From Flectonema sp. DT1601 (Eukaryota), in contig OZ025790.1 of the NCBI GenBank assembly GCA_964019425.1, forward strand, positions 1,240,001-1,304,000: DNA of 64,000 nucleotides, given 5' to 3'. A model generated the notes under the pieces. It made no database searches, had not been told where the DNA came from, and worked only from the letters and a program-made list of their open reading frames with translations. The translations under genes and the position numbers were made by a program. Below, in pieces: positions 23,187-33,945 of the stretch (position 1 is its first letter; the number at the start of each line of letters is the position of its first letter).

Positions 23187-25217
23187 ATGTCTGGAAAAAT
23201 AAAAAGAGGTCGACCAAGAATGTGGTGGAAAAAGTGGATTCGTATGAGTAAAATGTGGATGCCTCCAGAGGTTGTTTCAGCACAGAGAGCGGCACTGACG
23301 GAGTGTACTGCTCAGTTTGATTTTGGAATGAGGCATCGCTTACAATCGAAATCACCTCGAATCTTATGTGAGTCTACAAAAAGAGGAGAGTTCGATATGA
23401 GTATACCGATCTTTAAAGGTAAACCTCTCTATGATATAAATCAATCTACCTCTGACAAGGAATTCATTAAAAAGGGTGGCTTCACATTCTTTGGTGTCGA
23501 AAGCAGCGAGCGTTTCAACAAAGTCTACAGAAGAATAATTGCATCTTTATGCCCGCACATGACTACTTCAGACCTACTAAGAGAACCACCACAACTTATT
23601 ACGGCTCAAGTATCAGGTAAATATGCGAATAATTGGGGAGCCATATTCATGATAAATACTAACAGTGGACTTGGCAGCAAACTTACTTTATCAGCCGCCC
23701 ATTCTTTATGTCATATCTCAACTGTCGATACTCGAATCATTGAGTTGAGGAGGAGTTCCACGAATCCACTCTTCCCAACTAATTCTACGTGGCACCAGTC
23801 TGTTTTAGATGTGTATAGGATGCCTTATAAGGGTAAGCTGTTAACTTTATTTAATAACCTAAAGAAATATGGTTTTATCAACTACTACGGCATCGAACAA
23901 CAACATTATAATAACGTTCCTGCTATACTGCCAGCTGCTGCTATGCTTGCGAGGGATTTTAAAAGGTGTAGCGAACTGTATGCGTTGAATGGTGCACTTG
24001 CAGGTCGTAGACCTCGAGACATACACGCGGCTTGGAAACGAGGAAGATTAGAAATGGATAACGACGCATTCCGTAAACTATGTACTTCTGGTTCTAATGA
24101 TGGACGACCTCATTACTTTTTTTATTCACTGATGTCAACAATTGGAGAGAAACCAAACTGGAAACATTGCGCTTCCGATAGACCACCTGAAGTGTGCGCT
24201 CAAGGTCTCCGTATGTTTCAAGAAATGATATATAACTACATGACATCAGTTAGAATAGCCTCAGGATTGAGAGTTATTGTTGGAGACCTCGTTCGTCAAG
24301 AAGGAACTGATTTGGTGGAATACGTAACAACTGAAAATATAAATTCCTATTCGGTCTACGACGTCGTCCTTCCGGTTCTAACTTTTCCATACATTCGAGA
24401 GAAAGTTAAGTTTCCTAAACATGATATCAACGAATCATTCGTGTCTGAGCTTCTTAGCGATTACGGTATCCATCTTGAAGCTGTATGTGTTGTTTTTTTT
24501 TTTTATTTTGAACGTATAAATTTACCCTTTTTTTTTTTTGCATTTAACAAGTATTGTAAGAACGAAAAAGAATGTTGGCAGCACACGTAAACCTCCTTTA
24601 GCTTTATCAGTTTAAGTCGGTTCACGGTTTCGTGCACAAACAAAAAATCACAGTGTTATATCATTATTTTCTGTATAGTTGAAGTTAAAGCCAATTCTTT
24701 TTCCACAAATGTATAATAATAAAAACAGCTACTGAACGATAGATTCCTCGCCCACCATTGGAAGAATTCATTTGGAATATCCAGAGTTGAGGAACGCTAT
24801 AGAAATATTGTAGTCAGACCACTAAATTTATCCTACACCCTATCCGACAGTAACTTAACTGGCATCTTGACTACAGGCAGTTGGAAGGACACAATTGGTG
24901 TTACAGCATCACTACTTCAAAAGAGAAAGCGACTTGTGGTTAAGGCAGTCTTACCTTCTGAAAGTTGTATGTCGTCGATGATGAGAGAGGTTGCAATGTC
25001 TAGGTTTGGTCATGGTGTTCCAAAAATGTGGCAATTCATGAACTTACGTCCTGGTACTCAAGTTGAAGCTGACACAGAAATTGAAGGAAACTTATCCATT
25101 GAACAGATTGACGACTATCTCAAAGAGTTTAGCAAGACTGATCCTGAACTCGCAGAACAAATTCAACGAATGCAAACAGGTGACGCGTTGCCTTCTAATT
25201 CAGCCTCTGCAGCATAA
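23187..25217 (+). CDS. TruD/Pus7-fold pseudouridine-synthase-like protein, probably catalytically inactive, ~594 aa; exons 23187-24482, 24729-25217
   Basis: LKKYGFINYYG, FQEMIYNYMTSVRI, VIVGDLV, YSVYDVVLPV, YRNIVVRP and LPSESCMSSMMRE match the TruD C-terminal motifs. No GxKD motif was found. The intron is 24483-24728. Confidence 0.75.
24566..24702. mobile_element. MITE-like dispersed repeat family A, copy 1 (intronic)
   Basis: Highly similar to 31646-31783 (ttggcag.acacgtaaacctcc, tcagtttaagtcggttcacg, cacaaacaaaaa, agtgttatat, agccaatt), with short imperfect terminal inverted repeats. Confidence 0.6.
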
Positions 25218-25438
25218 CTGTGAATTTTTTCATTTTAGTAAGTTGGGTATTTCCATCTCCCACCGACCGACATCAATAATCATATTATTCGGAATTATGT
25301 TAAAAGATAATTATAACTCATCCAAAGAAAATAATGTTTTTTTTTTTTTAAATTTCCCCCCTCGACAATACACTATATGTTGAAGCGATCATAAGGTCAG
25401 GTAAATTCATTCTAAAATTTGCCCCCTTTAAAGGGGTA

Positions 25439-25647
25439 CAAGTACCAAATAGAGTAACTGAACACTTCTCACAGAACACAATACAACATGGATCCCTCCA
25501 TTACAGCTGCTATGGAGAGAGGAGGTAGTGAATGGAGTCAAGTACCAAATAGAGTAACTGAACACCTCTCACAGAACACAATACAACATGGATCCCTCCA
25601 TTACAGCTGCTATGGAGAGAGGAGGTAGTGAATGGAGTCAAGTACCA
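25439..25647 (+). repeat. 100-bp tandem duplication spanning the acceptor AG, ATG and first 20 codons of the downstream gene
   Basis: 25441-25547 matches 25541-25647 with one mismatch (25466 t, 25566 c). The 9-mer caagtacca occurs at 25439, 25539 and 25639. Confidence 0.97.
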
Positions 25648-27069
25648 GACTGCATTAGAGATGCTTTACTCTCCTTAAATGATTGTTTAAGTGACATTCA
25701 GAGAAGTGGACGAACACCAAAACAAGATCGTCATTCCAGAGGAAGTCGAATATTTTCTCCTAATGACCCTCACAGTGCTGCGAGAACTGCAGCTCACAAC
25801 AGAAGCAGAGTGAGAACAGCCAGTGAGAAGAAAATGAGACAATCAAAGATTACACAGCAGCTATTGGACATGCATCGATCAGCTAAACAATTAGCAAACA
25901 CTACAAAAACTCTTTATAATGATGATACTGGAGAGAGTTCTCGTGTACATGATATCTACATTGACATGTTGGGTTCCTTATTCAATCATTTCTTAAGTGC
26001 TACTGTGTTGTTGCAGTGGACGGTGTCTAATTTTTCATCGAGGCAAGACTTTTTGCATCTGGGAATACCAAAACACTTTTACCAAACAACTGAAGAGAAG
26101 AAGAGTTTCTTTCAATTCTCTCCTTCAGAGACACCGGAAGCTGTGGACCCAAAAACTGATCAACTGATTCAGGAATTCGACAGGCGATTAGCAGAAGCGC
26201 GGAGAGGATCTCCTCAAAGAGGACCACCTCCTCGAAGGCCATCCCCTGATTTTGATGAAGTCACACCAGTGAGGTCATCCAGACGTTCATTCACATCTGA
26301 GAAGGGTGCGTCAAATAATTACACTCAGAGACGGCCACCAACACCTACAAGATCTCCCTCTCCATCTGTTGCTTCTTCTAGAAATGAACGCCCTGTGAGT
26401 AGAAAGAGTTCCTGCTCTTCGATATCGTCAAAAACCCGTCATGCTGAGGAACAGCGTCGGCAAGAAGCAGCTGCGAAAGAACGGCGTCGGAAGGAAGCAG
26501 CAAAAGAACAGCGTCGGCAAGAAGCGGCTGCTGAAGAACAGCGAGAGAGAGACTTTCAGCATGAAATCGATCTGGAGAATGAACGAATCCGAGCAGAGGA
26601 AGAAAGACAAGCAAAGATTCAGGCGGAACTTGAACAACAACAAGCAGATGAGATAGAAGAATTGATTCAGGCTTCTCGAAAGTTAAGTAGACAAAGCCGT
26701 ACTGATTCTTCCACAGTAGAGATGATGAATAAGTCCCCCTCACCACCAGCAAGCTCTTCTTCAAGTTCCTCAAATATAAATATAGTTGACGGTGGTATAT
26801 CTCCTCATTCCGAGAAGGAATCAATTAGACGAGAGAAGGTTGACCCTGACGACACTGTTGATGATACCGTAGAAGATGATCCTTTTGGAGAAGACACAAG
26901 CGAGGAGAAGTTAGATGACAGCATCTCTAGAAATGATGTAAATGTTAAAAGTACTGACGAATCAAATAGCTCTTCAGAATCAGAGTCAACAAGCATCGCC
27001 ATGGCTACCAAAAACCGACTTAACGACAGTGAGAGTGATGAGGACGACGGAGGTCTTAAATGGGGTTAA
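25588..27069 (+). CDS. Hypothetical protein with S/R/P-rich region, charged helical repeats and acidic tail
   Basis: 493-aa ORF with a good ATG context and (E/K)EQRRQEAAA-type repeats at ~26443-26545. Confidence 0.75.
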   Translation: MDPSITAAMERGGSEWSQVPDCIRDALLSLNDCLSDIQRSGRTPKQDRHSRGSRIFSPNDPHSAARTAAHNRSRVRTASEKKMRQSKITQQLLDMHRSAKQLANTTKTLYNDDTGESSRVHDIYIDMLGSLFNHFLSATVLLQWTVSNFSSRQDFLHLGIPKHFYQTTEEKKSFFQFSPSETPEAVDPKTDQLIQEFDRRLAEARRGSPQRGPPPRRPSPDFDEVTPVRSSRRSFTSEKGASNNYTQRRPPTPTRSPSPSVASSRNERPVSRKSSCSSISSKTRHAEEQRRQEAAAKERRRKEAAKEQRRQEAAAEEQRERDFQHEIDLENERIRAEEERQAKIQAELEQQQADEIEELIQASRKLSRQSRTDSSTVEMMNKSPSPPASSSSSSSNINIVDGGISPHSEKESIRREKVDPDDTVDDTVEDDPFGEDTSEEKLDDSISRNDVNVKSTDESNSSSESESTSIAMATKNRLNDSESDEDDGGLKWG

Positions 27070-27309
27070 AAGCTTTTCTGTAATTGTATTTAAGGTTAAA
27101 AAAAAGTAAAACACCCAGCTATCCACTAACTTGACTCAGTCTTCCCTACTGCCTCTAAAATAAAAAAAGGACTGAAAACGTTTTATTCAACCTTTCCCGT
27201 AGATGATTTGTAGCAATTACCAAACTAGTGGTATTTATATGTTAAAAAGTATGTTGGTGTGGTGTTTGTTATTTATTACAAAAACAGGTTAGCTACAACA
27301 ACATGATTG

Positions 27310-29235
27310 ATGAACGGAGTATTTGTGTTATCCGGTTCAAGGATTACTCATACGGCTACTTCCATTCCTTTTAATTTGGTAAAAAAATGCATCGCATCGA
27401 CAGAATCGACGATGAGAGAGATTGCGACTGGTATCTTGTTCGGCGGTGAAATACTCAACTCGTTTAATTTTATCTCGGTATCGCAATCAGCTTCAGGCGA
27501 GTACTTCCAACACGAATACTCTCTCTTATTAACCTGCCCTCTTAATAATCCAATCAACGAGCCACTCATTCAAAATCCAATACCACTTGGACCGCTGAAG
27601 CATTGCTGCACTTGGTTATGTCTGTACCTCGTAAAATGTAAGTATCCCGCAATCTCAATTGGAAGAGTGATTGCGACTCCATTTGTTCATCGAACTGGAG
27701 TCTGGTCGGTTGTATTTGAATTATATTGTGTTCCGCAACTTGATATTAATATCTCAACTTTGATTGAGGGAAATGATATGTTGGAACTCAAATCACCAGT
27801 CGTTCAGAAGGTCAACAGTGATCCTATTCAATTAGAATCAGAGACGCTAGTGGTTGATGATGCGTCACTACCCCTAGAGGAACAAGTAGTTAGTGAACAG
27901 AGTGATCTTTCTCTACAAAAGGATAATATCAAAGACAAGAGACTCTCATCAGATGACACATCTAAGAAGCGATTTAAAGAATCCGACAGTGAGACTTCTT
28001 CTTATAAATCAGATATCCCAACAGGCATTGACAACGTTGTAGGGATGCAACCTCGAAAAACTCTTAAGGACTTCAGAGGATATTCGTTTGTTGATTTACA
28101 TTCGAATATTCATAACTACAACAATGAAATGATACTAAGTACTCGAAGGATGAAGTCGAGAGATTGTCTTAGGAACTCATATAATCTAACTGAGACGACT
28201 TGTATTCCAACAGCAGATGACGTAAATGATGATGACAACAAGTCAGAACAAGACTTATCTGATTGTGATCAAATAAACGATTCTGAAGAAGTAATTAGTT
28301 GGGATTTACTTCCCGTCTTAACCGTGTTTAACGAGCTGGCCACTTCAGAAGATGTGGACACCTGTCAGGTATTGAACCCTTCAGCTGCTAGTTCTCTCAA
28401 ATCTATTTTCGAAAGCAACTTTAATTCAACGCGTAAAGAGTCTAACACATGCGACCCAATTCAATTCTGTGTTGCAATCCACGAGAATGCTAAGAGAAAT
28501 GCTTTAATTATATTGTCGTCGTCAGGTTGTCTTGAAGAAGGCAGCGATGTTATTTCACAAATATCATTTTTTCAAAGTTACTACAGCAGATTAAATCTCG
28601 GAAGCATTACTTTCTTAGATGAGGTACCCAAGTGGTTAATATCTCAACACGGCAGCACAACGAATACAATTCGATATATGAACCATGAAAGTGTGAAGTC
28701 ATCCGGACGAAGGGTTATCCAAATAGAAATTCCTACTCTGTTGGAACCATTTCAGATAAAGCAACGTTCAAGTTTGGATATTCGGCAGCCATCGATTAGC
28801 TTTCTCTGTCTTAAGACTTGGATTAAATCACCTCCTTCTAATCGTTTATCAGGAGATTGCGTTATATTTAGTAGTCACCATCAACATATAAAAGTTTGGT
28901 TTAGAATTGAAAATCAAAACTACAAAATTGTAAACATCTACATGAGTGACTCCACGTGTACTAAAGAAGAAGGAGCTCTTGTCGTCGTTCGATCAAACTC
29001 CTGTAATTGTGTTAGGATGACGACTGTTGGATCTGACATAACAATTACCACATCAAGCTACTTCTCTGTTAGATCTCACTCTGTAACATCAATTCACGTT
29101 ACTGTAGATGAGTATTTAATTGTTCTGACATCACCTGAATTTAATAATTGTGAGAGTAAGTCTGTTGGTTGTATTGCTGCTGCTGTTGCGTTCTTCGTAA
29201 AACATGATGTGAGATTACCCATTGAAGTTCAGTGA
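27310..29235 (+). CDS. Hypothetical protein (~641 aa)
   Basis: Long open frame. No domain recognised and the start is uncertain. Confidence 0.65.
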   Translation: MNGVFVLSGSRITHTATSIPFNLVKKCIASTESTMREIATGILFGGEILNSFNFISVSQSASGEYFQHEYSLLLTCPLNNPINEPLIQNPIPLGPLKHCCTWLCLYLVKCKYPAISIGRVIATPFVHRTGVWSVVFELYCVPQLDINISTLIEGNDMLELKSPVVQKVNSDPIQLESETLVVDDASLPLEEQVVSEQSDLSLQKDNIKDKRLSSDDTSKKRFKESDSETSSYKSDIPTGIDNVVGMQPRKTLKDFRGYSFVDLHSNIHNYNNEMILSTRRMKSRDCLRNSYNLTETTCIPTADDVNDDDNKSEQDLSDCDQINDSEEVISWDLLPVLTVFNELATSEDVDTCQVLNPSAASSLKSIFESNFNSTRKESNTCDPIQFCVAIHENAKRNALIILSSSGCLEEGSDVISQISFFQSYYSRLNLGSITFLDEVPKWLISQHGSTTNTIRYMNHESVKSSGRRVIQIEIPTLLEPFQIKQRSSLDIRQPSISFLCLKTWIKSPPSNRLSGDCVIFSSHHQHIKVWFRIENQNYKIVNIYMSDSTCTKEEGALVVVRSNSCNCVRMTTVGSDITITTSSYFSVRSHSVTSIHVTVDEYLIVLTSPEFNNCESKSVGCIAAAVAFFVKHDVRLPIEVQ

Positions 29236-29333
29236 TAGACGAACTACCATAACTCTGTAGTTTGATTAGTTGAGTATTCTCAATTGTGTTAAATATATTT
29301 TATTGTCAGACGTTGCTTCCTTACAACACAAAA

Positions 29334-30635
29334 ATGCAGCCGCCTTCGATCTCTCAAAATGATGTGTCGGGTTCTGATGAAGAGCCACCTGTGAAACTGC
29401 AAGCCGGGATTGAAGTTGAGATTGAGATGGGTGGGAAGGCACAACTTCCTTTTTTATTGAGATTTCCGAGTGTGATGTTTGGTGTTCCGCTTGGTATCTT
29501 ATCGCAAGCTACACTTTACAAAACATTATCCAGTTGGAGAGATAACGAAAAATACACAGACTTCTTAATTGGATTGAATTGGGGTTTTTGGTGTATGGGT
29601 ATAGTGGTAATGTTAATGATATTTTCTGTATACTTGGCAAAGCTTTTCTTTTATCCTTGGGCTGTTGTTGTTGAATGGAGGCATAATGTCAGATCTAATT
29701 TCTTTTTCGCGCCGATAATCGCATGTGTATTAGTTGGGTTGGGAATACCTGATGAATTACGCAATGATACTATGATGGAAGTTATTTTTTGGGGATCTAT
29801 TGCGTGGTATCTACTGCTGGCACTACCTCTTTATCAAACATGGTTCATGAAAGGAACGAGAACAATTCATCATGGAAACCCAACATATCAGATTGCCGTT
29901 GTTGCTAATTTTCTAATTGCATTTCACGGTTTTCAACTCGGATACAACGATGTCCCTCTGGCATTCTTTGCCATAGGAACCGTATTTCAGAGTGTTGTAT
30001 TCACTGGATTGTTTACATCAACACCCAGACATGGTATGCCTTCAAGCATTGATACTTCAAGTCTTAAAAAAGAAGCTAAAATGACTTGTCTCGGATGGTT
30101 TATAACTCACCAAAGACACATTTGGACGATCGAATCGAACTACTTAAATCCAACAATGTTCTTATTCATCGCTCCTCCGTCATTCGCTTCTATTACTGCC
30201 TCTGCTTTCAATGGGACGTTTGATAATACGTTTTCTCTGGGGGCATTCTTTGTCGGATTATTCTTGTATGCTATGCAGTTGGTTAATCTAAATATATTCA
30301 TTTCACTTCCATTTTCACCTACTTGGTGGGCGTACACTTTTCCGATGACAGCATCTGCAACAGCCTCAATAAAATACGCACAAGTGAGAGGTGGGGTGGC
30401 ACCAAATGTTCTTTGTGTGTTCTTAACATGTATGTCAACATTTTGGGTATTGACAGTCTTTGTGAAAACTGTTCTCGCGATTAGTCGCGGGAAATTATTT
30501 GGAAATGATCCACTGATTACTATCTACGAGAAGATTGTCAGCCCGTCTCCGTCAGTGTCTCCGAAATCTGATTATGGTACAGAGCAGTCACCCGAAGGAC
30601 AGATTGAAGAGATGACTCCAACTGAGAATTGCTGA
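29334..30635 (+). CDS. SLAC1/SLAH-like S-type anion channel (TDT family)
   Basis: FLLRFPSVMFGVPLGILSQA, HNVRSNFFFAP, NPTYQIAVVANF, MFLFIAPPS and FSPTWWAYTFPMTASATASIKYA, with ~10 TM segments. Confidence 0.9.
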   Translation: MQPPSISQNDVSGSDEEPPVKLQAGIEVEIEMGGKAQLPFLLRFPSVMFGVPLGILSQATLYKTLSSWRDNEKYTDFLIGLNWGFWCMGIVVMLMIFSVYLAKLFFYPWAVVVEWRHNVRSNFFFAPIIACVLVGLGIPDELRNDTMMEVIFWGSIAWYLLLALPLYQTWFMKGTRTIHHGNPTYQIAVVANFLIAFHGFQLGYNDVPLAFFAIGTVFQSVVFTGLFTSTPRHGMPSSIDTSSLKKEAKMTCLGWFITHQRHIWTIESNYLNPTMFLFIAPPSFASITASAFNGTFDNTFSLGAFFVGLFLYAMQLVNLNIFISLPFSPTWWAYTFPMTASATASIKYAQVRGGVAPNVLCVFLTCMSTFWVLTVFVKTVLAISRGKLFGNDPLITIYEKIVSPSPSVSPKSDYGTEQSPEGQIEEMTPTENC

Positions 30636-31645
30636 TAACTTATACAACTAAAGTAGACAGCCTTCTTACAGTGAGAGTCTCTTGACTGACATCCATGACC
30701 ACAGATCTAAGTTAGTCTTGTTAGGACGTTGTTACTCAGGAAGTGGTTCTTTTTGTTTTTTTAAAACATTTCCCGTCACATGAAGTCGAGACAAATAGAG
30801 TTTTCCGTTCTTTGTCTTTAACTGTGAACTACGGCAATGCGTGTATTTTTATTGTTTCTTGCCCTCTCCCCAAATGTCATTTCGTAGGATTTTTTTTATA
30901 ATGACCTTGGTGTGCCTTTTTGGGATAATGTTATCGAAAAACCTTTTATTCTATTCTCTTATTAAATATATCATCACTGCTGAGCTGTTTTTTTTTTTTT
31001 TTTTTTTTTTTTTTTCGCAATAAAAAACGGAATCGGGTGAACTACTTTTTTCAATAGTAGAGAAAACGTCTGGACATATGCGAAAAAAGAAAATTTTCCC
31101 ACAGTTTGTTGTGACGATATGCTAGCATTTTTGTTGTTGTTGTTATTGTTGTGTTGCATTACGGTAACAGGTATTTGGGTGAGAAGAGTATCAACGGCGT
31201 TCATTAACTGGTTGATTGGTTGGGTTCGTGGTTCATTTTTCTTTTGCAGCCTTTATAAAAAAAAAAAAATTTACTAAAATTCTGACTTGTGAATGAGCAT
31301 TCATTTTTGTTTTGTTACGTTTTTTCCTCAATCAAAAAAAAAAAAAAAAAAAGTGTTTTTTTTTGCTCGTGTATTAATAATGCTCAACAGTTTTTTCATT
31401 ATCTATAATCGATCTCTGTGGCATTTTCTTTTTTCTTCGGAGTAAATCAACGCTTTGATTATTATTATTATTTCTTATTTTTTTTTTCTTTCCCTTTTTA
31501 AATGCAAACACCCAAGTGTTGTACTTAACCTAGGAAGGATTCGGCAAAAAGAAAGCCGAACCTTTTTTTTTTTTTTTTTTTGCTTGATCTTTGTACTTGT
31601 CCATTTTTTTTTTTTAAAATCTGTTTTTCTTGTTGTAATTCAACC

Positions 31646-31783
31646 AGAAAATTGGCAGGACACGTAAACCTCCATTAGCTTTTCTCAGTTTAAGTCGGTT
31701 CACGAGTTTGGTGACACAAACAAAAACATGAACAAGTGTTATATTACTGTTTTCTGTTGTTTAAGTCACAGCCAATTTATTCT
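31646..31783. mobile_element. MITE-like dispersed repeat family A, copy 2 (intergenic)
   Basis: Homologous to 24566-24702. The ends aaattggc and gccaattt are perfect 8-bp inverted repeats. Confidence 0.6.
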
Positions 31784-33144
31784 ATTTTCTTATCTTTTTT
31801 ATCACGAATTTAAAAAAAAAGAGAACGTTTTTTTTTTTTAGAATGCTTATTTTATCCCGGGATTTTTTCTTCTTTTTTAATTGTTGAAAACAAAAGAGAA
31901 AAAAAGAATGAAAATATGTCCTTGCGGGTTGCGTGCATTCGTAATCGCAGTCTCTCTTTATTTTTTTTGTGATTCTGAGATAGTCTTCTTTTATAACTAA
32001 TTGATTGCAATAACAGTCGTCTCTCTTAAGACGACTAAATTTTTAGTATCCGCTTTAGCTACATGTAGGAGTATCCAGCGATAAGAGTGAATGCCTCGTG
32101 CGGTTCCTCTTATCTGTTGTGGGCAACCTCGCTCCATTGAACAAGCCTACGCATTGCAAAAGTGTTTTTTTTTTTTTTTGCCTGTGGGTGAATGATTGTG
32201 CATTTCGTTCCGAGTGTCCCGTCTTATGGGAAATCATTCTTAGGCCCTACTGTGCTTGTCCTTCTTGAAGATTATGTTTTTTTTTTAATTTTTTTATTTA
32301 AGCGAAACTGATCTCATTTGTGAGTAGTGAGGAATCGGGGAAAGAGTTCGTACTGCATTTTTTTTTTCTTTTTTTTTTTTTTCTGTTAGGGATTTTCTTT
32401 CTTTTTTTGTTGTATTCTTTTTTATTATTTTTTTTTTCCCCTTACAACTTAACAATAATAAACAACAAATGAAAAAAAAAACAAGAAAACAAAAAAAAAA
32501 ACGTAAAGTTGTAAGAGATCACCAGTCAAGCAGCGTATTAATAAAAGGTTTTGTTGCGTGCCTTCGTACAAAGTGAAGACTGTTGACGATCTCTTTTTAG
32601 AAACGGAAATCGAAGATTGCGTTTACAACCAGTTATTATTAGATTTAGGCTATTTTTTTTTTTTTTTTTAGAACCACCCAGCGAACGAGTGTGACTGAGA
32701 AGGAAACTATATTGTATGCGGACGTTCTTGCATCGAGATGAACAGGAAAATTGTAACCTTTCTTATTAGTCTTTAACTGTTTTATTTTTAAGAGGTGTGC
32801 ATCAAAGAGGGTAAATGAACTGCGTATTCGGCCTGTCGCTTGAGATCGCCTTTTTTTTTTTTTCCCCTCTCTCTGCCTCATTTTGTTTATTATTAATTAT
32901 TATTTTTTTTTTCTTTTTTGTGGTTGTGACATTCCCTGCGTCATTTCCCAATTTGTTATTTTTCATTCAAATTCCTGCTGAGGGAGCCCAGCTTGTTGTA
33001 CTCACTACGAAGACGTGGACTTAGGGACGTGCAAAGTCTCTTTCCAATAACTTCTTTGATATTACTACTTATGGGTTGAGATTATCATGGTGGACCTTTA
33101 GAACTAACGTCTTTAGGGATTGCGATTCAATACGACTCAAAAAG

Positions 33145-33945
33145 TTATATTTTCTCACGCCTTGCCTCATTCTCTTAATAAGAGTGCAGCTGAAGGGGCT
33201 GCACAATGAGCAGCTCCCCGTCTGGCTCTGTTCTGTTTGTTGTCGGATTCGTGTTTTGGATTGAAGGACGTGTAAAGAAGTTCCTATTCATAATCATGCT
33301 ATCAAATACAGAGTGAAGGTACTCACTTTACACGTTTTCCTTCAAGGATAGACACCTCGTGACACTCGTTGACGGATCTCACGGTGATGTTCTTGTCACT
33401 GAGGAGTTTAATTGAAATGCTATCTTCACACCAAGGCTGATATCTTGGTGTGAATAATGTGTTGTACAGCTGAATTGTGTTTTCATATTCTCTCGCCTCA
33501 TTCTCTTAATAAGAGTGCAGCTGAAGGGGCTGCACAATGAGCAGCTCCCCGTCTGGCTCTGTTCTGTTTGGATTCAGGGACGTGTAAAGAAGTTCCTGTC
33601 CATGTTAATACTGATGAATAAAGAGTGAGAGGGTTTCATTTTGGTGCCTACTCTTCCACTCTTCCTGGATGAATGGTAATGTTCTAATTACTGAGGAGTT
33701 GAAGTGAATTGTTAACTTCGCACCGAAGTGTGAAGATAACAATAAGGAGTTGTATTATCCAACTGAATTGTGTTTTCATATTCTCTCGCCTCATTCTTAA
33801 TAAGAGTGCAGCTGAAGGGGCTGCACAATGTACGCAGCTCCCGTCTGGCTCGTTCTGTTTGTTGTTTGGATTCAGGAACGTGTAAAGAAGTTCCTGTCCA
33901 CAATAATACTAATGAATAAAGCAGTGAGGGTACTCACTTTGCCTG
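33145..33945. repeat. Degenerate tandem array of ~3 units (periods 331 and 291 bp) with a conserved core
   Basis: gtgcagctgaaggggctgcac occurs identically at 33184, 33515 and 33806. The units also share gcctcattc and acgtgtaaagaagttcct. A possible older partial copy lies at ~32975-33050. Confidence 0.92.

Noticed and set aside
27249..27287. Possible 39-nt GTATGT...AAACAG intron upstream of the 27310 ORF
   Set aside because: It fits the local intron consensus but yields no open coding frame, and it is shorter than the supported introns. At most it is an unverifiable 5'-UTR intron.
33611..33695. Possible C/D snoRNA (ctgatga ... ctga, ~85 nt)
   Set aside because: The box C-like motif is not kept in the sister repeat units (ctaatga, ctatcaa), and no guide complementarity was recognised.
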